From Sedimentisphaerales bacterium (GTDB lineage: Bacteria; Planctomycetota; Phycisphaerae; Sedimentisphaerales; Anaerobacaceae), in NCBI GenBank assembly GCA_040772485.1, contig JAXGYC010000011.1, positions 1 to 64,000 on the forward strand: 64,000 nucleotides of DNA, written 5' to 3'. Positions 19,395-28,680 of this stretch are shown here, in pieces. The notes under the pieces are model-generated. The model saw only the letters and a list, made by a program, of their open reading frames with translations. It did no database searches and had not been told where the DNA came from. The position numbers and the translations under genes are program-made. Each line of letters opens with the position of its first letter. The stretch's first letter is position 1.

Positions 19395-22301
19395 ATGTTG
19401 AGAAGATTCGCGCAGTTATGTGGTGTGGTGTTGGCGATCGGTCTGGTCGGCAGTGCGTCGGCGGATCTGATCGTTTACGACGGCTTCGATTATCCGGAAG
19501 GCAGTATCGCGGGCAACACCGGCGGCACGGGCTGGGACACAGGGGTCGCCTGGGACGGCGGCCAGAACATCGTCGCGCCGGGCCTGGAGTGGCCCGATCT
19601 GGAGGTGGTAGGCAACAAGGTGGGCACGGCCAGCACGGTCAGCTACCGGATGATGCCTTCCGGCTTCGACGCCGCAAACCGCACAATCTGGATCAGTTTT
19701 CTGTGCGCCAGCTCGGCAACCCCGTCCTGGTCGGGGATCTCTCCGTTCACCGGCAGCAGTGAAGCGATCTTCCTGGGCAAGCCCTCCGGCGCCTCGTACT
19801 GGGGCATCGCGCTGTACAACGCCGCCGGCGATGCCGGGGCGGTGACGGGCACGAAGCTCTCGACGGCGCCGACGTCGGAGCAGGGGTTCTTCGTGATTCG
19901 CATCATCAACGAGGCCGCCGGCGCCCATCTCACCTGCTGGATGAATCCGCCGGTGAATCAGGAGCCGACGGTGGAGACGGCGTATTACGACAACCAGGCC
20001 GCCGGCGAAGTCGTCGGGCGGGTTCCGTTCGATCGGATCCGCATCGGCAGCGACGGCGAGTTTTTCTACGATGAACTGAAGGTCGGCGACACGTATGCGG
20101 ACGTCTCGACCTCGGTGGGCCCCGGCATGGCCTCGACGCCCGATCCGGAGAATGAGGCGGTGGATGTGCCGCGCGAGACGGCGCTGAGCTGGGCGCCGGG
20201 CGAATTTGCGGCCGCGCATGACGTATACTTCGGGACGTCATTTGACGACGTCAATGCCGCCAGCCGGAGCAATCCGCTGAACGTGCTGGTCAGCCAGGGG
20301 CAGGCCGATGCGACCTTCGATCCGGCCGGCGTTCTGGATTTCGAAACCACGTATTACTGGCGCGTCGACGAGGTCAATGCCGCGCCGGACAACACCATCT
20401 TCAAGGGCGAGGTCTGGAGCTTCACCAGCGAGCCGTTCGCCTATGCGGTGGCGAACATCATCGCGACGACCAACGGCGTGTCGGACGAAGGGTCCGGGCC
20501 GGAGCGAACGGTCGACGGTTCCGGTCTCAACGAGGCCGATCAGCACTCGATCGACTCTCCTGACATGTGGGTGGCCAGCATGCCCGAGGGCGAACCTCTG
20601 TACATCGAGTATGCGTTCGATCGCGTCTACAAACTCCATGAGATGCTGGTCTGGAACTACAACGTCCAGTTCGAGCCGATCCTCGGTTTCGGGCTCAAGG
20701 ACGTGACCGTCGAGTATTCTGCCGACGGCGCCGACTGGGTAACACTGGGCGACGTGCAGTTGAATCAGGCGACGGCCAAGGCGACCTACACCGCCAACAC
20801 GACCGTCGACCTCGGCGGCGCGCCCGCCCAGTACGTGCGTTTGACCGTCAACAGCGGCTACGGGATGATGGGCCAGTTCGGGCTCAGTGAAGTCCGCTTT
20901 ATGTACGTTCCGGCGCAGGCCCGCGAGCCGCAGCCGGCCGACGGCGCTGCCGACGTCGAAGTCGGCACGGCGCTGGCCTGGCGCAGCGGTCGCGAAGCCG
21001 CCTCTCATGAGGTGTATCTGGGCGCGGACCCGGACGCCCTGGCGCTGGCGGGTACGGTCAGCTCGGCCACCTTCGCTCCGGCTCTGGAGTTCGGCAGCAC
21101 CTACTACTGGCAGGTGGTAGAGGTTAATGAGGCCGACGCTGTGACGGCATGGACCGGCGACCTGTGGAGCTTCTCGACACAGGATTACGCATCGATCGAC
21201 GGTTTCGAGACCTACAACGACGACATCGAGGCCGGGACTGCGATCTTCGACACTTGGCTCGACGGCTGGGTCAACGACACCGGTTCGACGGTCGGCTATA
21301 TCGAGACTCCGTTCGCGGAGAAGTCCATCGTTCATGGCGGGTCTCAGTCGATGCCGTTCCAGTACGACAACGCGACGTCGCCGTTCTATTCCGAGGCGTG
21401 GCGCGAGTTTGAGACCGCGCAGAACTGGACGGGCAACGGCGCCGACACCCTCGTGCTCTATGTGCGTGGCAACGCGCCGTCCTTCAAGGAAACCGCCGAC
21501 GGGGGCGTCATCATGAGCGCCATCGGCACGGACATCTGGAACACGACGGATCAGTTCCGCTATGCGTATAAGAGCCTCAGCGGCGACGGCTCGGTCACGG
21601 TCCGCGTCGACAGTCTGGTCCGCAGCAACGAGTGGGCCAAGGCGGGCGTGATGATCCGCGAGACGCTGGAGCCCGGCTCGAAGCACGCCTTCATGTGTGT
21701 GACACCCGACCACGGCACCACGTTCCAGCGTCGGCCGGTGGCCGGACAGGACAGCGCCAGCACCGATGTGGGCGGATCGGCCGCACCGCGTTGGGTGAGA
21801 CTGACCCGCACGGGCAACGTCTTCACCGCGCACGACTCGATGGACGGCGTGACCTGGACCGAGGCGGCGGTGAGCCCGGCGCTGGAGATCCAGATGGCCG
21901 CCAACGTGTACATCGGCCTGGCGGTGACCAGCCACGACGCCGCGATTGTCACGGCGGCCGAGTTCTCGAATCTCTCGATGACCGGCAACGTGACGGGCGC
22001 CTGGCAGACGGCGGAAATCGGCGTGGTCCAGCCCCTGGGCAACTCGGTGGCTGAGCCGATGTACGTGCGGATCGAGGACGCGGCGGGCAAGAGCGCGACG
22101 GTGGTGAACGCGGATGAGTCGATCAACCTGCGTCCGTCGTGGCAGGAATGGGCGATTCCGTACAGTGATCTGGCCGGCGTGAATCTGAGCCGGATCGAAA
22201 AGATGGTCATCGGCGTCGGCAGCGCCACCAATCCGCAGGCCGGCGGCACCGGAACGGTGTATGTCGATGACATCGGCTACGGCCGGCCGGCGGCTGAGTA
22301 G
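19395..22301 (+). CDS. Secreted discoidin modular protein, paralog 4, non-LamG head
   Basis: ATG 19395 after AGAAAGGAAG; signal peptide ending SASA-DLIVYDGFDY; shared body ending YVDDIGYGRPAAE. Confidence 0.9.
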   Translation: MLRRFAQLCGVVLAIGLVGSASADLIVYDGFDYPEGSIAGNTGGTGWDTGVAWDGGQNIVAPGLEWPDLEVVGNKVGTASTVSYRMMPSGFDAANRTIWISFLCASSATPSWSGISPFTGSSEAIFLGKPSGASYWGIALYNAAGDAGAVTGTKLSTAPTSEQGFFVIRIINEAAGAHLTCWMNPPVNQEPTVETAYYDNQAAGEVVGRVPFDRIRIGSDGEFFYDELKVGDTYADVSTSVGPGMASTPDPENEAVDVPRETALSWAPGEFAAAHDVYFGTSFDDVNAASRSNPLNVLVSQGQADATFDPAGVLDFETTYYWRVDEVNAAPDNTIFKGEVWSFTSEPFAYAVANIIATTNGVSDEGSGPERTVDGSGLNEADQHSIDSPDMWVASMPEGEPLYIEYAFDRVYKLHEMLVWNYNVQFEPILGFGLKDVTVEYSADGADWVTLGDVQLNQATAKATYTANTTVDLGGAPAQYVRLTVNSGYGMMGQFGLSEVRFMYVPAQAREPQPADGAADVEVGTALAWRSGREAASHEVYLGADPDALALAGTVSSATFAPALEFGSTYYWQVVEVNEADAVTAWTGDLWSFSTQDYASIDGFETYNDDIEAGTAIFDTWLDGWVNDTGSTVGYIETPFAEKSIVHGGSQSMPFQYDNATSPFYSEAWREFETAQNWTGNGADTLVLYVRGNAPSFKETADGGVIMSAIGTDIWNTTDQFRYAYKSLSGDGSVTVRVDSLVRSNEWAKAGVMIRETLEPGSKHAFMCVTPDHGTTFQRRPVAGQDSASTDVGGSAAPRWVRLTRTGNVFTAHDSMDGVTWTEAAVSPALEIQMAANVYIGLAVTSHDAAIVTAAEFSNLSMTGNVTGAWQTAEIGVVQPLGNSVAEPMYVRIEDAAGKSATVVNADESINLRPSWQEWAIPYSDLAGVNLSRIEKMVIGVGSATNPQAGGTGTVYVDDIGYGRPAAE

Positions 22302-22330
22302 TACCGCCGGCACAAGAAGCAGCACTACAC

Positions 22331-22359
22331 GGGGCCTGGATCGGCGCGATCCAGGCCCC
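22331..22359. terminator. Hairpin between convergent genes, probable bidirectional terminator
   Basis: Perfect 13-bp stem GGGGCCTGGATCG / CGATCCAGGCCCC with a 3-nt loop. Confidence 0.7.
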
Positions 22360-22403
22360 TGTCATTGGCGGACGCGCGGGTACACATGATACATGTCCGG
22401 CTG

Positions 22404-24119
22404 CTATTCCTGACTGATCCGGTAGAGCCCTGCGCCGTGTGACGGGATGGGCGAGATGAACTCATCCGAGAACGTACCAAGGTCCTTTCTGCCCCACAGA
22501 TCCCGAACGGTGCAGCGGCCCTGGAGGCCGACTGTTTCGAAGGTCACCTTCACGGATACGGCCTCGCTGGCGTCGCGCGTGTTGAACAAAGCCACGTACT
22601 TGTCCTTGGCGTCCGGCACATTGGCGACCCAGGCGATGAGGCCATCGTGGCGGTACAGCTCGCGATTGTTCGTGCTGTTCTGATTGACCGCCAGGACCTC
22701 GTCGTTGGTCAGCAGCGACAGGGTGAACTCGTCGTTGCTGGGCAGGTCTCCACCGAACATCAGCGGAGAGCGGAAGACGGACCAGAGCGTCATCAGCGTA
22801 ATCTGCTCGTCTTTGGTCAGGCGGGTGCGGCGGTCATCGCCGCGTTCGCCCCGAATGCTGATGCGGCCCAAGGGGAGCATGTCGGCGTCGGGCCAGTGGC
22901 CGGGCCCGACGTGAGGAGCCCAGTTCCGACAGCGTTCGAACATCTCCACGATGTCCACCCACCGATCCCAGAAGTCGTCGCTGATGCGCCAGAGATTGGC
23001 GTGCGTCTTGACGTGTTCGGCGGCCTCCAGCGGGGTCGCCCCCGGCGAGGTGCTCAGGACGACAGGCCGGCCGCAACCATCGATGGCTTTGCGGATCAGT
23101 TCGATCTCGGCACGATGATAGGGCCGCGACAAATCGTCGATCTTGACGTAGTCCACGTCCCACGAGGCGTAAAGCCGGAAGATCGAATCGTAATACTCCT
23201 GCGCGCCGGGCCGGTCGGCGACGATCGTGTACATGTCGCGCAGCCAGGGACACTGCTGTTCCGTGCTGTAGACGTCCGCTGCCCGCGCGCTGCTGCCGAG
23301 GATGGGCGTGTTCTTCCGGACCGCCTCGACCGGGATGCCCCGCATGACGTGAATGCCAAACTTGAGTCCCTTACTGTGGATGTAGTCGGCCAGAGGCTTG
23401 AAACCCCTGCCGCCGGCCGCTGACGGAAAGCGGTTCACCGCCGGCAGGAACCGGCCGTATTCGTCCATCACGTAACGAGGATCGGTCTGGTTGTAGCCAT
23501 GAGCCTTGGTGTTCTCCACAAACCACCGGATATCCACCACGACGTATTGCCAGCCGTGCGACTTGAGGTGCTCGGCCATGTAATCGGCGTTGGCCTTTAC
23601 TTCCGCTTCTGTCACCGTCGGACCGTAGCAGTCCCAACTGTTCCAGCCCATCGGAGGCGTCGAGGCCCAGGACCAGAAGCCGGATGACAACTCCGAGGCC
23701 ATACGAGTGGCCACCGCTTCGAGGTCGCCCTGGTCGCCTGAGAACACGCCCGTAATCTTGTCGCTCTGCAACGTTCCGGCGTAGTCAAGAACGAATTCCC
23801 AATCGGGCGATGAGACCGTCTGAACGAACTCGATTTTGCTGCCGTCCAACGTGATGTCGGAGAGCTTGACCTCGAACTCGGGCCGGTCTCCCTGGAAATC
23901 CTCCGGCCATACGGGCGTCCACGTCCCACGGTAGGCGCCGTCCGCCCCCTTGGCAAACTCGGCACGCGCCGTCACCTCCTGATCGCCGAGGAAGAACTTG
24001 AATTCCCACGTCCCGACGAGAGGATCGGCCGCGCGGGTCACAGCCGCGGAACCCAACAGCAAGAAAGCGACGAGGATCGTGGACTTCGTGAGTGTCTTTT
24101 CGCTTGCGATACGATTCAT
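22404..24119 (-). CDS. Glycoside hydrolase family 27 (alpha-galactosidase-like) with an extra N-terminal beta domain
   Basis: TPPMGWNSWD, YVVVDI.W, GLKFGIH, VDYVKIDD, WRISDDFWD, WPDADMLPLG; signal peptide from ATG 24119. Confidence 0.9.
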   Translation of the reverse strand: MNRIASEKTLTKSTILVAFLLLGSAAVTRAADPLVGTWEFKFFLGDQEVTARAEFAKGADGAYRGTWTPVWPEDFQGDRPEFEVKLSDITLDGSKIEFVQTVSSPDWEFVLDYAGTLQSDKITGVFSGDQGDLEAVATRMASELSSGFWSWASTPPMGWNSWDCYGPTVTEAEVKANADYMAEHLKSHGWQYVVVDIRWFVENTKAHGYNQTDPRYVMDEYGRFLPAVNRFPSAAGGRGFKPLADYIHSKGLKFGIHVMRGIPVEAVRKNTPILGSSARAADVYSTEQQCPWLRDMYTIVADRPGAQEYYDSIFRLYASWDVDYVKIDDLSRPYHRAEIELIRKAIDGCGRPVVLSTSPGATPLEAAEHVKTHANLWRISDDFWDRWVDIVEMFERCRNWAPHVGPGHWPDADMLPLGRISIRGERGDDRRTRLTKDEQITLMTLWSVFRSPLMFGGDLPSNDEFTLSLLTNDEVLAVNQNSTNNRELYRHDGLIAWVANVPDAKDKYVALFNTRDASEAVSVKVTFETVGLQGRCTVRDLWGRKDLGTFSDEFISPIPSHGAGLYRISQE

Positions 24120-24159
24120 GGCCGATCTCCGAGTTCTCCTGGCTGTCGATCCGAAACGA

Positions 24160-24534
24160 CTATCCACTGCGGCTGCGCCTTCGTCGCCGCTGTTTCTGCT
24201 TGCGAATCTTCGCGGCCTTCCGAGCCGCCGGGCTCTTGACGCGCGGTTCCGATCCGCCGCAGGCGGATTGGAACCGGAGTTCCTCCATCAGCTCGCACAG
24301 CCGCTTGCGCGCACGGTATCGATTCAGAGGCTGCGACCGCTCCTTCTGCATCTTCACTTCCAGGCCGCTGGGCATGTGCCGGAGCACCACGCAACTGGAC
24401 GTCTTGTTGACCTTCTGCCCGCCGGGACCCGAGGAGCGGATGAATTTCTCTTCGAAGTCCTCTTCGCGCAGCCCGAGCGCCGCCATGCGGGCCTCCAACT
24501 CCGCCTGCTTCTTGTCCGTCACCCCGAAGTTCAT
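24160..24534 (-). CDS. Short GGQ peptidyl-tRNA hydrolase / release-factor-like protein (ArfB/C12orf65-like ribosome rescue factor)
   Basis: [20 protein letters not shown]...ERSQPLNR plus a basic tail ([12 protein letters not shown]); no codon-recognition domain. Confidence 0.85.
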   Translation of the reverse strand: MNFGVTDKKQAELEARMAALGLREEDFEEKFIRSSGPGGQKVNKTSSCVVLRHMPSGLEVKMQKERSQPLNRYRARKRLCELMEELRFQSACGGSEPRVKSPAARKAAKIRKQKQRRRRRSRSG

Positions 24535-24671
24535 TCCTTCATCACACCCAACAGAGAATGACATCCTGTCGTTCGTAGTGGCGTCGTCAGACGCTGTTTC
24601 TTGAGGCCTGTATGCCCTCACGGGCACACTACAAACGGATCATGCAAGAGAATTCGGGCACCGTGCACACC

Positions 24672-24962
24672 CTACTTGGCCGAGGAAAACCGCACCTTCA
24701 CTCCCGCCTCGCAGATCATGAAGATGTGAAGGTAGTTCAACATGAACGTGCGTCCCTTGGCATCCTCCAGTTCCAGGTATTGAACGAACGGCCCCTTCAC
24801 CTCGTTGACGTCTTCGAAGGTCCGTTTGCCTTTGACCATTACGTTTCGGCAGGCGCACACTCCCTTGCGCATGTGATAATAGACGTCATAGCGTTTCTTG
24901 AGGTCGAAGTTGCTCAGGGGCAAACTGGTTTTCGGGGCTGTCACCTTCTTCGCCTTGGCCAT
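24672..24962 (-). CDS. Small basic hypothetical protein
   Basis: 96-aa ORF (MAKAKKV...) with a GGGAGG RBS; same strand as its neighbours. Confidence 0.6.
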   Translation of the reverse strand: MAKAKKVTAPKTSLPLSNFDLKKRYDVYYHMRKGVCACRNVMVKGKRTFEDVNEVKGPFVQYLELEDAKGRTFMLNYLHIFMICEAGVKVRFSSAK

Positions 24963-25120
24963 ATCGTGCCTCCCTTCTGCCTGCTGGCGCAAGAGGCAAT
25001 CCTGACACCACGCACGCGGCATCCAACTGCCATGTCATAATTGTACGGCCTGCGCCGAACCGCATCAACGGCCAGCCAATCCGATGTCCGGCTCGGAGTG
25101 TCTGTCGCAGTGAACAACGT

Positions 25121-27523
25121 CTACCGGGCGTTCGCGGCAATCTCGATTTCGGTCGTTGCCGCGACAAGACCATGGGAGCGTGCCGTCAGACGCACCGTGC
25201 CCGGCTCGCGCGTGGCCTGAAAGATGGCTAAACCCCTGCCTTGACGGGCTTTGTGAGTGTTGTCCTTGGGATCATCGAGGCTATTCAGGTCGCCGTTCTC
25301 GATACCGATGATCCGTCCCGGGCCATCGACGTCGAATGTGATCTCGTGATCGGCGATGGGAACGCAGATGCCGCCTTCGTCGACAATCACGAATTCGATA
25401 TGGCAGATGTCTTTGCCATCGGCCTTCAGTTCGGTCGTGTCGGGCAAGAGAACGATTCGCTTCGGATCGGAGGCGGTGCGGAGCGTGCATTCGCAGACAT
25501 CGTGGCCATCGTTTCGCCCAACCGCTTGGAGCGTCCCGCGCTCGAACGAAACCTCCCAGGTCAGGACACCGTCGCTCGCTTCAGAGATCGGCTTGGTTTC
25601 CAGAGGTTTGCCGTTGAGAATCAGCGTCACCTCCTGGCAATTGGTGCAACCGCTGACGGTGAGGTGAGCGTCTTCGGCCCAATTCCAATGGTCGGCGCCG
25701 AACATACCTCGCCAGCGTCGGCCCAAGCGGGGCGAAACGCAGATGTAAACCATCGGCTCGTCGCACCAGAGGCTCTGGCGGAACCAGGCGAGGGGCTTCT
25801 TGAATCCGCCCAGATCGAGCAGTCCCGACCCGTTGGCGCGATTGGGCCAGCGTCGGGCTTCGCCGAGATAGTCGATTCCCGTCCAGAGGAATTGCCCGGC
25901 CACGTATTCGTTGTCGCGGACCGCCAGCCAGGCATTGTAGCTGTCACTGTTCTCACTGCCGAAGATGAACCGGCTTGGATAGGACTTGTGGTCGGCCTCG
26001 TAGTGCTGCTCCTGATAGTTGTATCCGACGACATCGAGCAGTTGGGCCAGGCCGACGGCGTTCGACATGGTGATGCTGGCCAGGGCCGCCGTCACCGGAC
26101 GCGTGCGGTCCCATTTTTTGACCGCCTCGATGAGCGGCCTGGCATGCTTGACCAGGTCCTCAGCGGGTGGATGCTCGCGCCGGTAGTTGTTGCCCAGCGC
26201 CGGGTGAGAGAACGGATCGTTCGGATAGTCGATCTCGTTGCCGATGCTCCACATGATGATGCACGGATGGTTGCGGTCCCTGCGAACCAGGTCTTCCATG
26301 TCGCGGACCGACCACTCGGCGAAGACATCGCCGTAGCCGAACTTGCTGGGCTGGCCCGCGTTCCAACCTGCGACCCACTTGTTCTTGGGTGGTGTGAACT
26401 CGTCGAACGCCTCGTCCTTGACGAGCAGGCCAAGCCGGTCGCACATGTCGAGCAGTTCCGGGGCCGGCGGGTTGTGGCTGGTGCGAATCGCGTTGGCGCC
26501 GAGGTCCTTCATCAGCCGCAGCCGCCGTTCGAGCACCTTGTCCGGCACCGCCGCACCGAGACAACCTGCATCGTGGTGCAGACAGACGCCCTTGAGCTTC
26601 AGCGCCTTGCCGTTCAGGAAGAAGCCCTTGTCAGGGTCGAATGCGATCGTGCGAATCCCAAAGGGCGTGGACACCTCCTGCACGATCTCATCGCCTGCCT
26701 TCAACACGCTGTGGAGGGTGTACATGCTGGGCGATTCAAGCGACCACAATTCGGGGTCGGCAATCCTGATATGCGAAACGAAGGTCTGCTCGGCGTCAGC
26801 GTCCAGACTTGCGGACTGACGGAGACTGGCGACCGCCTTTCCGTCCGGCGCCACCACGCTCGAATCGAGCGACAGACTTACGGCCCTGTCGTGATCGTTG
26901 CAGACAACCGTCTCGACACGAATTGTAGCGGAGCTTTCGCTCACCTCGGGCGTGGTGACACAAACACCCCATTGTCCGATGTGGAGCCTGCCGGTGATGT
27001 GCAGACGCACGTGGCGATAGATGCCCGAGCCGGTGTACCAGCGCGAATCCGCGAACTTCGTGTGGTCGACGCGGACGGCGATTACGTTGTCGTCGTCTGC
27101 GAACTTCACGTGACGCGTCAGGTCGTACTGGAAGCTGGAATAGCCATAGGGCCGCCGGCCGACGAAGTGACCGTTGATCCAGACCTCGGAGTTGTGGTAC
27201 ACGCCGTCGAATTCGATGACCACGAGCTTGCCGCGGTTGGCCGCATCCAGCTTGAAATGCTTACGATACCATCCGATCCCGCCGGGGGCGTAGCCGCTGC
27301 CGCTGGCGTACTCGGCGCCAAACGGCCCCTCCCCGCTCCAGTCGTGAGGGACGTCCACCGTTCGCCAGCCGGAATCGTCGAACGCCGGCATCATCGCTGT
27401 CGCGAAATCCCCCTTGCTGAAACGCCAGTCAAAGTCGAAATCCATCGCACCCAGCGGCGCCGCTGACGCAAGAAGAATGACTGCCAGAATGCAGATGTAG
27501 GTAACTCGTCGCGATCCGTTCAT
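25121..27523 (-). CDS. Glycoside hydrolase family 2 (beta-galactosidase-like)
   Basis: VPHDWS, GIGWYRK, SRWYTGSGIYR, LKGVCLHHD, NAIRTSHNPP, WSIGNEI, GQFLWTGIDYLGE. Confidence 0.93.
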   Translation of the reverse strand: MNGSRRVTYICILAVILLASAAPLGAMDFDFDWRFSKGDFATAMMPAFDDSGWRTVDVPHDWSGEGPFGAEYASGSGYAPGGIGWYRKHFKLDAANRGKLVVIEFDGVYHNSEVWINGHFVGRRPYGYSSFQYDLTRHVKFADDDNVIAVRVDHTKFADSRWYTGSGIYRHVRLHITGRLHIGQWGVCVTTPEVSESSATIRVETVVCNDHDRAVSLSLDSSVVAPDGKAVASLRQSASLDADAEQTFVSHIRIADPELWSLESPSMYTLHSVLKAGDEIVQEVSTPFGIRTIAFDPDKGFFLNGKALKLKGVCLHHDAGCLGAAVPDKVLERRLRLMKDLGANAIRTSHNPPAPELLDMCDRLGLLVKDEAFDEFTPPKNKWVAGWNAGQPSKFGYGDVFAEWSVRDMEDLVRRDRNHPCIIMWSIGNEIDYPNDPFSHPALGNNYRREHPPAEDLVKHARPLIEAVKKWDRTRPVTAALASITMSNAVGLAQLLDVVGYNYQEQHYEADHKSYPSRFIFGSENSDSYNAWLAVRDNEYVAGQFLWTGIDYLGEARRWPNRANGSGLLDLGGFKKPLAWFRQSLWCDEPMVYICVSPRLGRRWRGMFGADHWNWAEDAHLTVSGCTNCQEVTLILNGKPLETKPISEASDGVLTWEVSFERGTLQAVGRNDGHDVCECTLRTASDPKRIVLLPDTTELKADGKDICHIEFVIVDEGGICVPIADHEITFDVDGPGRIIGIENGDLNSLDDPKDNTHKARQGRGLAIFQATREPGTVRLTARSHGLVAATTEIEIAANAR

Positions 27524-27553
27524 TCTCGTATCACTCCCGTCCCGTGCATGGCG

Positions 27554-28621
27554 CTATCGTTTGTCGAAGTAGCTCAGGTCCCACTGGTCGAGCCACGTGA
27601 GCGCAAACGTTCCATCCGGCCGGACCACGAGCGGCAGCCAGACGTAGCGCGAATCGTGCAGCCGCCTGGGCATCCAGCGGTCGGCCATGAAGATGTAGCA
27701 GCCGGGCTTGCCCGCCACAGCGAACACGCACGTGCTCTGCGTCTGGAAGGTCGTGTCCGCATCGGCTCCGACGCACGGATTGTCCTTCGACTCCCAGGGG
27801 CCGAGGATGTGGTCGGCGACTGCGTAGTCGGCCGGATTGGGCTTCCAGCCGGTGCAGCCCGACGTAATCAGGTAGTACCGGCCCTGGAACTTGAACGGCG
27901 CGGGCGCCTCGCGGTACTTGCCGATCAGGACGCGCGCCCACGTCTGATCCTGCACGATCGGACTGGCGGGCGCCGTGAACTCGTCGTTGAGTCGAACGAT
28001 GTACATCGTCGCGTTGTGCTCGGAGGCGTAGAACGCATAGGCCTTGCCGTCGTCGTCCACAAAGAGGTTCATGTCGCGGTAGGTTCCGCCAAATTCCTTC
28101 TGCCGGTCGGGATCGTCGTCCTTGTATTCGAAATCGTAATGGATGGGCCGCATGTGATGGACGAAAACAAACGGACCCTGCGGCCGGTCGCTTTGGGCGA
28201 CACCCGCCCTGGCGAAGTGGTAGCCCCATTGCTCAAGGTGCATCCACATCACGTACTTGCCCGTCTTCGGATTGAAGACGACCTTGGGCCGCTCGATGAA
28301 CGTTCGGTCGCGGATGTCGGAAGACAGCGATTCCTGCGGAAAAGCCACGCCCTCATGCTTCCAGCGGTACAGGTCGGTCGAGCTGTAGCAGGAGACCCCC
28401 GTCTGGCGCCCGGGGGTGCGGTCTTCGCCATACCAGTAGTACGTGCCGTCCCGCGCCAGCACCGCCCCACCGTGGGCCTGGATGGGCTTGCCGTCCGTGT
28501 CGAGCCAGACCTCGCCCGGCACGAACCGGTCCTTTTCACCTTGCGCCCAAGCAGGGTCTCCAAAAACAAAGGGCCACAACGCGATGTGAGCCACTACAAC
28601 TGCAGTGCGAACTGCTTTCAT
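27554..28621 (-). CDS. Glycoside hydrolase family 43 (GH43_24-like galactosidase/exo-galactanase)
   Basis: IQAHGG, YYWYGE, IERPKV.FN..TGKYVMWMH, RDMNLFVDDDG, REAPA, MADRW; the subfamily call is inference. Confidence 0.85.
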   Translation of the reverse strand: MKAVRTAVVVAHIALWPFVFGDPAWAQGEKDRFVPGEVWLDTDGKPIQAHGGAVLARDGTYYWYGEDRTPGRQTGVSCYSSTDLYRWKHEGVAFPQESLSSDIRDRTFIERPKVVFNPKTGKYVMWMHLEQWGYHFARAGVAQSDRPQGPFVFVHHMRPIHYDFEYKDDDPDRQKEFGGTYRDMNLFVDDDGKAYAFYASEHNATMYIVRLNDEFTAPASPIVQDQTWARVLIGKYREAPAPFKFQGRYYLITSGCTGWKPNPADYAVADHILGPWESKDNPCVGADADTTFQTQSTCVFAVAGKPGCYIFMADRWMPRRLHDSRYVWLPLVVRPDGTFALTWLDQWDLSYFDKR

Positions 28622-28680
28622 GTCTCCACCTCAGATCACGTCACTATGAAACGGAATTGACGTCTTCTTCAGGCACAGCA

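Noticed and set aside
9742..22301. Diversity-generating retroelement explanation for the paralog repeats
   Set aside because: No reverse transcriptase and no non-coding template repeat; the differences I inspected are not confined to adenines
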